From Candidatus Dojkabacteria bacterium (GTDB lineage: Bacteria; Patescibacteriota; Dojkabacteria; JAHIVN01), in assembly GCA_016932045.1 (NCBI GenBank), contig JAFGDO010000001.1, positions 1,014-65,013 on the forward strand: a DNA stretch of 64,000 nt, given 5' to 3'. How positions within the stretch are numbered: the first letter of the stretch is position 1; every line of letters starts with the position of its first letter. Below are positions 28,324 through 38,305 of this stretch, in pieces. Position numbers and translations under genes: made by a program. The notes beneath the pieces are model-generated. The model was given only the letters and a program-made list of their open reading frames with translations. It had not been told where the DNA came from and made no database searches.

Positions 28324-29643
28324 CTAGATCAATTGCCTGCTTTCTATTATATGATTTATCTGCCCCTTGGCCTCCTCAGATAAATCATATCTTACTCTTG
28401 TTGAAGGTTTGTCAATCTTTATGAATCTAGCTAGATCAATAGGGGTTCCTATCACGACTGAGTCGCAATCCACTTTGTTAATAGTTTCTTCAAGATCTTT
28501 CATTTGCTGCCTCCCATACCCCATTGCCGGAAGTACTATACCAATATTAGGATAATGATCAAATGTTTCTTGGATCTTACCAGTTACAAATGGACGAGGA
28601 TCAACAATTTTAGCTACTCCGTTTCTTTCGGCCGCAACCGTACCTGCACCAATCTTCATTTCGCCATGAGTGAGGGTCGGTCCATCTTCAACAACAAGTA
28701 CACGCTTGTTTCGAATGACTTCTGGCTTGTCAACACTTAGCACTGACTCTGCCTTTATAATCTGCGCTGAGGGATTATACTCTTTCGCATTTTTTTCAAT
28801 AATTTGAATTTCTTTTGGACTTGCAGAATCTATTTTGTTTATAACAATTACGTCGGCAAGTCTGAAGTTCACTTCACCCGGATAATATCGAATTTCATGT
28901 CCAGCGCGAAGCGGATCTGCAACAACAATTACTAAATCAGATTTATAAAACGACATATCGTTATTGCCCCCATCCCAGACAATCACATCTGCCTCCTCTT
29001 CAGCTTCTCTTAAGATAGCTTCATAATCAACTCCGGCATAAATAATACTTCCCATAGCAATATGAGGTTCATACTCTTCCATTTCCTCAATTGTGCAATC
29101 ATGCTTTTGAAGATCTTCGATCTTCTCAAACCTTTGTACCGCCTGTTTTTCAAGATCTCCATAAGGCATAGGGTGTCGGATTGATACGACCCTTTTACCA
29201 GCTTCTTTTAATATCTCTACTACCCTCCTTGTCGTCTGACTTTTACCGCAGCCTGTTCGAACAGCAAGAACAGAAATAATTGGTTTTGACGATTTCAACA
29301 TTGTCTGGTCAGCACCGAGCATTGAGAATTTTGCTCCGGCTGCCATAACTTTTGATGCTAAATGCATAACAAAATCATAAGAAAGATCACTATAAGATAG
29401 TACGCATTCGTTTATCTCTCTTTCTTTAATAATTTGTACTAAATCAGCTTCATCTTGAATTGGAATACCCTCTGGATATAAATCTCCTGCTAGACTTGAG
29501 GGATACTTACGACCTGTAATATCCGGAATCTGAGCTGCAGTAAATGTAATGACTTCAGTGTTTGGATCCTTTCTATATACAGTATTAAAGTTATGGAAGT
29601 CACGCCCAGCAGCTCCTAAAATTAAAATCCTCCACTTACCCAT
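28324..29643 (-). CDS. COG2403 P-loop enzyme, arginine synthetase (ArcE)-like; often annotated as cyclic 2,3-diphosphoglycerate synthase or GTPase
   Basis: ILGAAGRDFHNFN, RTGCGKSQT, RHPMPYGDL, TIEEMEEYEPH, WDGGNND, EDGPTLTHG, LPAMGY. Confidence 0.85.
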   Translation of the reverse strand: MGKWRILILGAAGRDFHNFNTVYRKDPNTEVITFTAAQIPDITGRKYPSSLAGDLYPEGIPIQDEADLVQIIKEREINECVLSYSDLSYDFVMHLASKVMAAGAKFSMLGADQTMLKSSKPIISVLAVRTGCGKSQTTRRVVEILKEAGKRVVSIRHPMPYGDLEKQAVQRFEKIEDLQKHDCTIEEMEEYEPHIAMGSIIYAGVDYEAILREAEEEADVIVWDGGNNDMSFYKSDLVIVVADPLRAGHEIRYYPGEVNFRLADVIVINKIDSASPKEIQIIEKNAKEYNPSAQIIKAESVLSVDKPEVIRNKRVLVVEDGPTLTHGEMKIGAGTVAAERNGVAKIVDPRPFVTGKIQETFDHYPNIGIVLPAMGYGRQQMKDLEETINKVDCDSVVIGTPIDLARFIKIDKPSTRVRYDLSEEAKGQINHIIESRQLI

Positions 29644-29764
29644 AGTTATTGATTTAACATTTTAGATACTGCCGGATATAATAGGCCAATAGATTTTTTT
29701 ATGCAACCAGAAAAAACGATTTAATCGATCTTTGTGATCAAATCGATTATAAAGTACTATTATT

Positions 29765-30082
29765 ATGAAAGTTCTTAGGTTTATCATAAAAATACCTGAC
29801 TATATCGCAGTAGGTTTGATAAAGATATATCAATTCTTTTTTTCCACCGACCATGCATTTTGGGCAAGACCGGATGTATTTAGAATATGCACATACAAAC
29901 CAAGCTGTTCAGAATTTACCAGCCAGGCAATCCTAAAATATGGCTTAATTCCCGGTTCAATAATGGGACTTAAAAGAATTATAGATTGTAATCCTTTCTC
30001 AAAAGGAGGATACGATCCTGTTCCAGAAAGATATACACTGAAGAGATACAAAGGGAAAGATGCGAAACCGGCGTATGAGTAA
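29765..30082 (+). CDS. yidD: Membrane protein insertion efficiency factor
   Basis: YQ..CTYKPSCSE..KYG..RIIDCNPF..GGYDPVP. Confidence 0.93.
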   Translation: MKVLRFIIKIPDYIAVGLIKIYQFFFSTDHAFWARPDVFRICTYKPSCSEFTSQAILKYGLIPGSIMGLKRIIDCNPFSKGGYDPVPERYTLKRYKGKDAKPAYE

Positions 30083-30197
30083 TATTATCTTGCAAATCTA
30101 ATCTCAACTGTTTGTTCAATGTCTCCGCTCTGGGCAACAATGTACATAACTTCTTATACCTATATCGGAAAGTCCAGGGCTGTTAGTTCAGAGTTGT

Positions 30198-30263
30198 TGG
30201 TTCAGGGCCTCTGCCCTGAACCAGTTCTGCTACTTGTTGTATCAGGGCCTTCACCTTGAACCA
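30198..30263. repeat. REP-like palindromes downstream of RAYT
   Basis: TGGTTCAGGGC-ctct-GCCCTGAACCA (30198-30223) and degenerate TCAGGGCCTTCACCTTGAACCA (30242-30263). Confidence 0.8.
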
Positions 30264-30270
30264 TATCCTA

Positions 30271-30798
30271 CTACTCTACAACCACATCTATTACCGAATT
30301 ATCGTTATTTATATAGTTTCTCGCTGAAGAATACCTCCAATCTTCCTCCTTTTCAACATACCATTTAGCAACTGGGTTCTCATGAATATAGTTTAACTTC
30401 TGTTCAAAAAAATTAACACTTTCAACGATTTCTGGCCAATTACCATTCTGCCAAACCTTGAAATTTTGCCCAACCTTTCTTCCTAAATCACATAATGTTT
30501 TAAAGCAAAGCTTATTCCCATTTCTTTCGAGAATGGATTTTATCTCTTTTGCCGTATAACTTTTAAAACTACGAACAAATTTAATCATATCAGAACATTG
30601 CGCTATTATATGAATATGATCGTACATAATCACATAGGCATTAATTTTTAAATCCAGCTTCCTTTGATAGAACTTTAAAGATCGAATAACTACCTCGCAA
30701 TACCTGTCTTGAGAAAAAAGGTTAAACCATTTCATAATAGAAAATGTTAAGAAGTATGTTCGATCTTTTAGACATGCAGAAATCCTTGTAGATGACAT
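30271..30798 (-). mobile_element. REP-associated tyrosine transposase (RAYT, Y1 HUH)
   Basis: YFLTF, AYVIMYDHIH (HUH), FKSYTA, VWQ, LNYIHENPV (catalytic Tyr), WRYSSA. Confidence 0.92.
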
Positions 30799-30813
30799 AT
30801 CATCACTTTTAAA

Positions 30814-30838
30814 TTCAGGGCAGGAGCCCTGAACTAAC
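30814..30838. repeat. REP-like palindrome upstream of RAYT
   Basis: TTCAGGGC-agga-GCCCTGAA, the same stem as 30198-30223. Confidence 0.8.
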
Positions 30839-30870
30839 TATGGATAACAAACATCATATTTAATAATTGC

Positions 30871-31830
30871 TCACACTTGATGTTGAAAACTCCAACCAAA
30901 AAAGTTTATATACAAAAAACAAATATCAGCAGATGGATTTGTTGTATACCTAATCGTAAACGAGACAGAAGGAACAGTTTGATCTATCTCAGCCATGTCT
31001 TCAAATGTATTCACATCATCTTCTTGTATAAAAGACTTCCAACAATCAGTTTCCGAAGTAAATTCCAGGCTAATTCCATTATTTTGCTTATTATATTTCT
31101 AAGTCCCCTTTGAATTAAAATCATTACTCTTCCAGCCTGAAAATGTAAATGAACCATCACTATCGAAAACCATCTTTCCATCTGAAATCTCATGAGATAT
31201 ATCTTCAAATATCCATTCCCCAAATATTTTTTGTTCATCTATAAGTCCACAGATTCCTCCTGTATCATAACCTTGATTCCTTTCAGAACTTTCTGAACTT
31301 TTATATAAATACTCATTCAACCAATCTATATAATACCTACCTTCCTCACAACCTTGGTAATTCTCGCGTTCTGCATAATCAACCTTAAATTCAATAGTTT
31401 TATCTTCTAAACTATAACTCACTACACCAGTGAACGATTCCACTAAACTTTCATCAGACAGGATATTATTCCATACTTCATTTATTTCGTTAAAATTGAA
31501 TCTAATTGAACTTGAATCCTTCTTGTACTCCCATTTTCCCGAAAGTTCATATTCACGATCCCCTTCTATTTCTTCAACAAAATAATGAAATTCTCCATCC
31601 TCTAGTAACACTAATTTTAAATATGCTGGGAAATCAGTATTTTTATTGCTCCATTCTCCTATAAGTTGATCTTCTGCCAGTAGTAAGCAGTCATCCTGAG
31701 TTATTTTAGATTCATCTTTTAAACTCTCCCCCTCTTCAGACTTTTTTCTCAATATAATAGCTGTAACTATTGTTACAGCTATTATCATCAGAATAACTAT
31801 CGCACCTAGAATAATCTTATTTTTTCTCAT
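30871..31830 (-). pseudogene. Membrane-anchored two-repeat protein interrupted by an in-frame TAG at 31101-31099 (candidate immunity or partner protein)
   Basis: The frame continues 75 sense codons past the TAG to TGA at 30873-30871; SKGT*KY aligns with LSGKWEY of repeat 1. Confidence 0.75.
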
Positions 31831-31833
31831 GGC

Positions 31834-32226
31834 TTACTTTTTAAAATTAAAGTACTTGGAAGGATCAACATGATGACCATTCTCCCAAACCTCAAAGTGT
31901 AAATGAACTCCAGTCGCCTTCCCCGACTGACCCATATACATAATTTCTTCTCCTTTTCTAGTTTTCCTTGGATATATACCTGTATAATATTTGGCATGTC
32001 CATATCTAGTTTCATAGTTTCCTTCATGTTTGATAAAGACAGTATTGCCAGCATACCAGCCACTTGACGCATCCCCCTTGTACACTCCCACTATCTTACA
32101 ACCACCCCATTTTGCAAGATCAATTCCTGTATGGAATTTTATCTCCCCGGTAAAAGGATCATGTCTTTCACCATAATTACTTGAAATATAATAGCCTTCA
32201 CAACTAGGATCTGAAACCGGACTCAC
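31834..32226 (-). CDS. M23 family metallopeptidase domain, probably the frameshifted C-terminus of the upstream gene
   Basis: HTGID, GNTVFIKH, TRYGH, ATGVHLHFEV; no signal peptide; GTG start. Confidence 0.9.
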   Translation of the reverse strand: MSPVSDPSCEGYYISSNYGERHDPFTGEIKFHTGIDLAKWGGCKIVGVYKGDASSGWYAGNTVFIKHEGNYETRYGHAKYYTGIYPRKTRKGEEIMYMGQSGKATGVHLHFEVWENGHHVDPSKYFNFKK

Positions 32227-32251
32227 AGCAACATCAAAAATGAATGGTTTA

Positions 32252-35200
32252 TCAGGTACAACTTTTTAAATTACTATATTCACTTCGTAGCCCTAAATTC
32301 CATTGTGCTTCTTGCCGGTTTCTACCTCTGTAGTCGATTATCACACCTTGAAATTCAAACTGCCCGAAAATATTTGTTCTTGCCTTTACATAATCATTCA
32401 CATTGAGCTCGCTATTCAAAGTAAAGACTTTTTGAAATCTGCCGCTCAAATCATCATTCCAAATATGCCCGACTTCAGTATCTTCCCCATTGTCTTTATG
32501 AAAGGAGATCATAACGTGTTCAACTTGGAATCTATTGCCTCTATATTCCTTTACCTCTCTCCATGTAGTTTTTTTATTTTCAAGACACCACGGAACAAAG
32601 AAACACTGCTTATCCATTTCCCAAATCCAGGAACTAAGTCTTTCTATCCCCATCTTTTCTTCAATACAACGTCTCTCGCCATTATCAATGAAATAACCTA
32701 CATCGCACTCTTTAACCGCTTCGTTATAAGTCTTATACTCCCTTTTTATATCTGCAGTTAATGAATGCCCCTTTGGAATTGCAACACCATACACTTCTAC
32801 TAATCCATCTTCAGTTGTATATACTGTAGTCAACTCTGGAGTAGGAATAAATACTCCGTTGATGTTATAGTTCTCATCTGAGCTAATACTGATATCTAAA
32901 TTAACATCTGACAAAGAACTCCCATATCTGTCCCCCCATGGATTCTCAGAAACTTCTCCTTCAACATCACCTATCGCCCAAGTCGGCGTATGGTAAATTC
33001 CAGTTACAGTTTCAGAGAAATTTCTAGCACGATCCTGGAGTTGGACATCAACTCTGTATTCTGCCCCCCACATCCAACTTGTAAAAGAACTTAATTTTAG
33101 CTGCCTATTTTCATCTATTTTATACTCCTGTTCACCTAAATCAATACCACTTCTATAAATATGAACTTTTACCTTAGAATACTTTTCTCCTTTTATTTCT
33201 AAGGATAATTTCCTCTGAGCAGGATTACCGTTGAAAAATACTTCTGGTTTCGCAGGCGGCACAGTATCACGTTCGACTTCATATGTAAGTATTTCGGAAT
33301 TATTTCCAGGAGCATCTGTAGATTTCACCTTAATCATATACAATCCATCCTCTTGAGGTCCTGAGTTCTTACCAAAGTTAACATTCTCCTGCCATATACT
33401 TCGAGGCTCATTTTGGAAAGTACAGTAATCTTCAATCCCCTTTGGATTTGTAACCCATAATTCTATATCGCTCAGTCTTTCAGCTTCTCCTTTCAATAGA
33501 ACACTATATTTATTAGTAATATTACCAAAACCATCATCATCCCAGTAATCAGCCGATCTGACTTCATTCGGTTTGCCTGGAGCGGTTTTATCATAGTAGA
33601 GTAATTCTCCTTTTGAAATAGAGCTCTTATTCCCTGCACGATCCTGCACCTTAGTTTGAATAATATAACCTTGTTCGAAAGCACCTATGTTAAGATTAAA
33701 ACTCCAGTCACAAAGAGGATAATAAACACCAGTATATGCCAAAGTTTTACCTTCGCAATTGTCGCTACCAACTAAAATTTCATCGATCTCATATGAACTA
33801 AGCCAGATTTCAACTTTTGAGTTCTCTTCTGCTTTACCTTTAATCTCCAGCTCCCTTCCGCGAATAACATATTCTGGCAGGATTCTTCCCTTTGCCGGCA
33901 ACTCATGTTTTGCATAAATACCGTTGTATTTTCCCCATTCAGATATATCTATATCCGAAAAATTAGGCTTTGTATTATCAATAATATAGGTAAATTCACC
34001 ATTTGCGGCATTTCCGGCATAATCCTCAATATTAATGTCAATACTATAATTTCCTTCATCTGCTTCAGATTCAATGACAAAACCTCCAAGATAGTTTTGT
34101 CTCGAATTATCTCCGAGCAAATGAAACCTAGCTGAATCCTGCCTTATTACTGTAACATAAGTCAGTGCTTCGTTGGATTGAATAAAGATGTCTGCAGCAG
34201 TTCCTGATTGATGAAATGAATTTGAAGTAGTGATATTTCGAAACTCTGGCGCAATTTTATCAAGAACTACATTTACAGGAAAAGAGATTTCGCTCTTATT
34301 GTTTACATTATCGCTACTAACAGAAGAAATTTCATATTTCCTATAACTACTTATAAAGGGTAACTTGATATTTGCCTTCCATTTCCCTGTAGGATCTGCT
34401 TTACAGACATAAACTTCAACACCATCCACAAGGATGTGTACATAACTTAATGGCTCCGCTATACCGTTTATTATCAATTTCTCATCATTTGTATAATAAT
34501 CTTCCCTAAACTTTTTTAAATCTACCAGTAAGTCTTCCTTTATAAGCTTTGTTATAGTAGGCACAACTGGAATAGTTCCATCTATTCGAATGCCAATACT
34601 CATGGTCTTCTCTGTCTCCCCCTTCCTTCCCACGAACTCTATCTCGTAAATTCCACCGCTCACGTCTGGAGTAGTCCATAGATAATCCCATGTGCATTCG
34701 TTTTGGGTACATCCCCTTCCAAAACCATCAACTCGTCCTATTTTGTACCGATCTAATGAACCATCAGGCAACTCAGAAAGATTAGAATAATCTGCAAAAC
34801 TGATATCAACATATTCTGTATATTGTGTTACAAGACTCCTTAGAATTACTTCCTGATCTACCCCTGTAAGCGAAGGTAGAGCTCGCACGCTCAACAAAGG
34901 ATCTGAAAAATCCAAGATTACTTTTACTACATTGCTCTTGGAAGTTTCATTCCCAGAAAAATCAATAGCATAAGCCCAAAGATATGACTCCTTGGTGGTA
35001 AGTGGAACTATCCCTGTAAAAAAGCCGTACTCATTAACCTCCAAAACCTGCTCATCATTACAGTCACCATCAATGCCAATCAGGTCAACACATAATCTTA
35101 CTACAGTATCAAGAGGTGCTTGGCCCTGTACATTTATAACTCCCTTTGCAGTAACCGTGTGGTTCTTCGGATTAGTTATAACAACTTCACCATCAACTTT

Positions 35201-38122
35201 TGTTTTAACATAAAACTTAACTGGATCGGTGCCAAACTCGACCCCATCAGTAGTTCTTATCCATAAAGAATATGTATACTCGCCGTCTGAAAGCCAGCTC
35301 CCGTTACTATCCTTTCCATTAAAGTAATAATTCGGCGGCAGTCCATCAGACCCACTTAATAATGCAACAATATCTTCACCTATATCTTTTATATGAATTT
35401 CCCACACCTCTACTTGCACATCTTCTTCTTGGCTATCTCTGTTATACACTTTTAAAGTAAAATCAATTCCATCCTGCCTGCCATCGCCATTCGGAGAGAT
35501 GTATTCATTATTCCCTTCAATTGATAGATTAACTGCGTATAAATTCACTTCTACATTTAATTCCACTCCTGCAATGTTTTTTGCATTATCAATAAGTTCC
35601 AAACTGATGTTATTTTTAACGTAAATATCATTGACCTGATTCGCCCTCAACTGAAATTCCTCAATTTCAAAATCACACACTTCTTTTACTCCTTCCCAGC
35701 CTATACCAAATCTACTTTCTACCGGATGACAATTGTATATACCTTGCTGATCCGGATTTATATTAATGATAATTTCGGTTTCACTGCCTGTTACATTAAG
35801 TCTTGAATTACTTTCCGCTTGTCCTCTAATGGTAACCTTGGAATGGTTCATTAACTCTCCTTGTAAAGGTGTTTCAATTTGTAAATAAGTATGCGAATCT
35901 AGTGTAAATAGTTCCTTGAAAATATCAGACTGGTTTCCGGCAACATCTCGTACTGTAGACTTAATAGTATAGTCACCATCAGGTTGAAGCGGATTATCAA
36001 AGAAATAAGAATAAATACATTCGAATGATCCCTCGATTTCAACATTTAAACAACTTGTTTCAATATGACCCAATTGTGTTTGGATATTCTTACCATCACT
36101 CACGAGTACAAGTTCATTATTACTTCCCTCAAGTAGAGAAAGATTTATACTTTGCGAATCTATACCACTTTGAAAAATCTCATTATATTCATCAGATAAC
36201 TTGAGATTTATATTTGGAGTTCGATCATTTATCAAACCAATAGGAGCAGTTACTTCTAATTTAGGAACATCAATTTCTTTATTCACTTTTAATGATTGAG
36301 TACTAATATTCCCAGCAGAGTCCATTGCCATAAAAGTAAAAACATTCTCACCCAAACTTAATTGTTCTTCCACTTCGAAAATTCCATAGTGATCTACAAA
36401 AAGTAACCTATTGTTTATGCTTAGCAAGGCTGTCTCCTCAGTTATACCTGAAATAAAGACTGTATCAGTGTTAAGCCAGGCACCATCAATAGGTTTAGAA
36501 ATATTTACAGTAGCAGGAGTATTATCCACTACTACTAAGACATCTGAATCTGGCGAAAAATTTCCAGCTTTATCAAAGGCACGTAACTTAAATGTATACA
36601 GGCCATCTAGAACTATATTTCCTGAATTATCTGTACCATCCCAAATGACCAGATCGCTTAACGAAGTACCCCTAAAACTTTTAATTGTCACATCATATAA
36701 ATCAAGAATGGTTGCTTCCCAATGATCAAAGTGCTCATCAAACACCTCGAAAGAAAGTTCAGTGCTATCAAATCTCCCATCTGCATTCGGACTTATAACC
36801 TCCTCACTTACCTGAGCATTTAAAATTGCCGGTAGGATAGAGTCTTGACGGGATTTTACAAATTCACTCCAGTCGTTCTCATTTCCCAACTTATCCTTTG
36901 ACTTTACTTGATAGCAATAAGTAGCATCGTGGTACAAATCCGCTATAGTAAATTCTTGAGATTCCTGCCAGTCGCCTTCATAAAAATAAGTGTTACAATT
37001 CTCGCCTTCAAAGACGCCAAATTTGTATTTTACTTCTTTTAGTAATGAATCAAAACTTAAAGTTGACCTAACTGTATTCTGATTTCCTTGAGAAAATTCC
37101 GGTTCCCCTATAACTTCAGGAGATGACGGAGGAGTGGTGTCTATAATAAATGTGTATATTGCCGAATAGTCACTCCACACATCCATCTGATCTTTTGATC
37201 TTGTCTTCCACTCCCAGATACCATCAGGTAAGAATTTTGTAAACTGCGCGGTTTTTTGACCGTCACGCTTCGGTGAAATTTCCCAGTCTCTATCTTTTAA
37301 CCTTTTATAGTAAAACCAAGTACCATCAAAGTTACCATCAGGATCCCCAAGATCTTTAACTTTCATAGTAATCTCATATCCTTGGCAAGAAGAATCTCCT
37401 CCAAACTCTGCTTTATTTGTCGGACTTGTAGGATTTGGTATATTTGGAGCATGATTTGCAGAGTAATTAACAACGAGTCGGGGTTGACTAGATTCAAAGC
37501 AGGTTGAGTTATTATAATTTCGAGTACACCAGAAACCTCCAACATTCCCTTGGTCCTTATATAGCACAAGACCATAATTAGAAATGCCCTGTACCCACTC
37601 CCTTACAAGATTTGTAACATCAAAAGTGTATTTTTGTGGAGGATTAAACCACTGTCCCGCCCCTCCCGAAATCCAACTTTGTGCATAGATGCCGCTAAAA
37701 TCGGGTTTATTATTCCAATTAACGTTCATCTCTGACCAATCTTGATTCACTTTCGCTACATTGACTAGGTAATCTCCAGATGCATAATCACTTCGGACAT
37801 ACTGATAAACTTCTAAATATGCAGATTCGATAATTGACTGAGAACTCAGCATAGACAAATCAAACTTAATGTACGCATATGAATTTGAAAAATAATTACC
37901 TAGATTCCAGCTTCTTCCGACAGTCATATCGTTCCAGGATCCATAATTCTTCTCAAATCCTTCTCTTGCCATAGCATCTGCAACAGGAGTAAGATTCAGC
38001 TGAGAAGAAGCTTGAACGTCATCATAAGATTGACTAACGGCAAAAATCAGCGACGTTAAAACACTTTGAGCTATAAAAAATAGTATTATGCGAAGAAACT
38101 TGTTAAAATAATTCTTACTCAA
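32252..38122 (-). CDS. Giant secreted surface protein: DNRLRE-like domain, two FlgD-Ig-like modules and many Ig-like repeats
   Basis: Signal peptide; YIKFDL..IESAYL..FDVTNLVREW; ISPNxDGRxD twice; repeated DxAGN and DxxPP motifs. Confidence 0.85.
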   Translation of the reverse strand: MSKNYFNKFLRIILFFIAQSVLTSLIFAVSQSYDDVQASSQLNLTPVADAMAREGFEKNYGSWNDMTVGRSWNLGNYFSNSYAYIKFDLSMLSSQSIIESAYLEVYQYVRSDYASGDYLVNVAKVNQDWSEMNVNWNNKPDFSGIYAQSWISGGAGQWFNPPQKYTFDVTNLVREWVQGISNYGLVLYKDQGNVGGFWCTRNYNNSTCFESSQPRLVVNYSANHAPNIPNPTSPTNKAEFGGDSSCQGYEITMKVKDLGDPDGNFDGTWFYYKRLKDRDWEISPKRDGQKTAQFTKFLPDGIWEWKTRSKDQMDVWSDYSAIYTFIIDTTPPSSPEVIGEPEFSQGNQNTVRSTLSFDSLLKEVKYKFGVFEGENCNTYFYEGDWQESQEFTIADLYHDATYCYQVKSKDKLGNENDWSEFVKSRQDSILPAILNAQVSEEVISPNADGRFDSTELSFEVFDEHFDHWEATILDLYDVTIKSFRGTSLSDLVIWDGTDNSGNIVLDGLYTFKLRAFDKAGNFSPDSDVLVVVDNTPATVNISKPIDGAWLNTDTVFISGITEETALLSINNRLLFVDHYGIFEVEEQLSLGENVFTFMAMDSAGNISTQSLKVNKEIDVPKLEVTAPIGLINDRTPNINLKLSDEYNEIFQSGIDSQSINLSLLEGSNNELVLVSDGKNIQTQLGHIETSCLNVEIEGSFECIYSYFFDNPLQPDGDYTIKSTVRDVAGNQSDIFKELFTLDSHTYLQIETPLQGELMNHSKVTIRGQAESNSRLNVTGSETEIIININPDQQGIYNCHPVESRFGIGWEGVKEVCDFEIEEFQLRANQVNDIYVKNNISLELIDNAKNIAGVELNVEVNLYAVNLSIEGNNEYISPNGDGRQDGIDFTLKVYNRDSQEEDVQVEVWEIHIKDIGEDIVALLSGSDGLPPNYYFNGKDSNGSWLSDGEYTYSLWIRTTDGVEFGTDPVKFYVKTKVDGEVVITNPKNHTVTAKGVINVQGQAPLDTVVRLCVDLIGIDGDCNDEQVLEVNEYGFFTGIVPLTTKESYLWAYAIDFSGNETSKSNVVKVILDFSDPLLSVRALPSLTGVDQEVILRSLVTQYTEYVDISFADYSNLSELPDGSLDRYKIGRVDGFGRGCTQNECTWDYLWTTPDVSGGIYEIEFVGRKGETEKTMSIGIRIDGTIPVVPTITKLIKEDLLVDLKKFREDYYTNDEKLIINGIAEPLSYVHILVDGVEVYVCKADPTGKWKANIKLPFISSYRKYEISSVSSDNVNNKSEISFPVNVVLDKIAPEFRNITTSNSFHQSGTAADIFIQSNEALTYVTVIRQDSARFHLLGDNSRQNYLGGFVIESEADEGNYSIDINIEDYAGNAANGEFTYIIDNTKPNFSDIDISEWGKYNGIYAKHELPAKGRILPEYVIRGRELEIKGKAEENSKVEIWLSSYEIDEILVGSDNCEGKTLAYTGVYYPLCDWSFNLNIGAFEQGYIIQTKVQDRAGNKSSISKGELLYYDKTAPGKPNEVRSADYWDDDGFGNITNKYSVLLKGEAERLSDIELWVTNPKGIEDYCTFQNEPRSIWQENVNFGKNSGPQEDGLYMIKVKSTDAPGNNSEILTYEVERDTVPPAKPEVFFNGNPAQRKLSLEIKGEKYSKVKVHIYRSGIDLGEQEYKIDENRQLKLSSFTSWMWGAEYRVDVQLQDRARNFSETVTGIYHTPTWAIGDVEGEVSENPWGDRYGSSLSDVNLDISISSDENYNINGVFIPTPELTTVYTTEDGLVEVYGVAIPKGHSLTADIKREYKTYNEAVKECDVGYFIDNGERRCIEEKMGIERLSSWIWEMDKQCFFVPWCLENKKTTWREVKEYRGNRFQVEHVMISFHKDNGEDTEVGHIWNDDLSGRFQKVFTLNSELNVNDYVKARTNIFGQFEFQGVIIDYRGRNRQEAQWNLGLRSEYSNLKSCT

Positions 38123-38305
38123 CCATAAAAGATAACAGATTATTCATTTTTATATAGAACTTATTTCTATATTCGTCAAGTGTTTATGTGTAATAATATA
38201 AAACATATTTGCAATCCTTATGGATAATCATTGTGAAAAATATTCGATTTCATAACTATGACAAAGATAAATTTTTTTGAATTATTAATTCTTTAAAACA
38301 AATTT

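Noticed and set aside
31099-31101. Genome-wide TAG recoding or pyrrolysine
   Set aside because: TAG and TGA end conserved genes at expected positions elsewhere (GIY-YIG, rhodanese, DUF134, feoA), and a single TGG-to-TAG change explains this case.
31011-31238. 75-aa ORF as the frameshifted continuation of the 31830 gene
   Set aside because: The continuation that matches repeat 1 is in the same frame past the TAG; this ORF shows no similarity.
32261-32272. Programmed -1 frameshift at T TTA AAA
   Set aside because: The heptamer fits X XXY YYZ, but the -1 frame stops about 15 codons later; joining M23 needs +1 (or -2).
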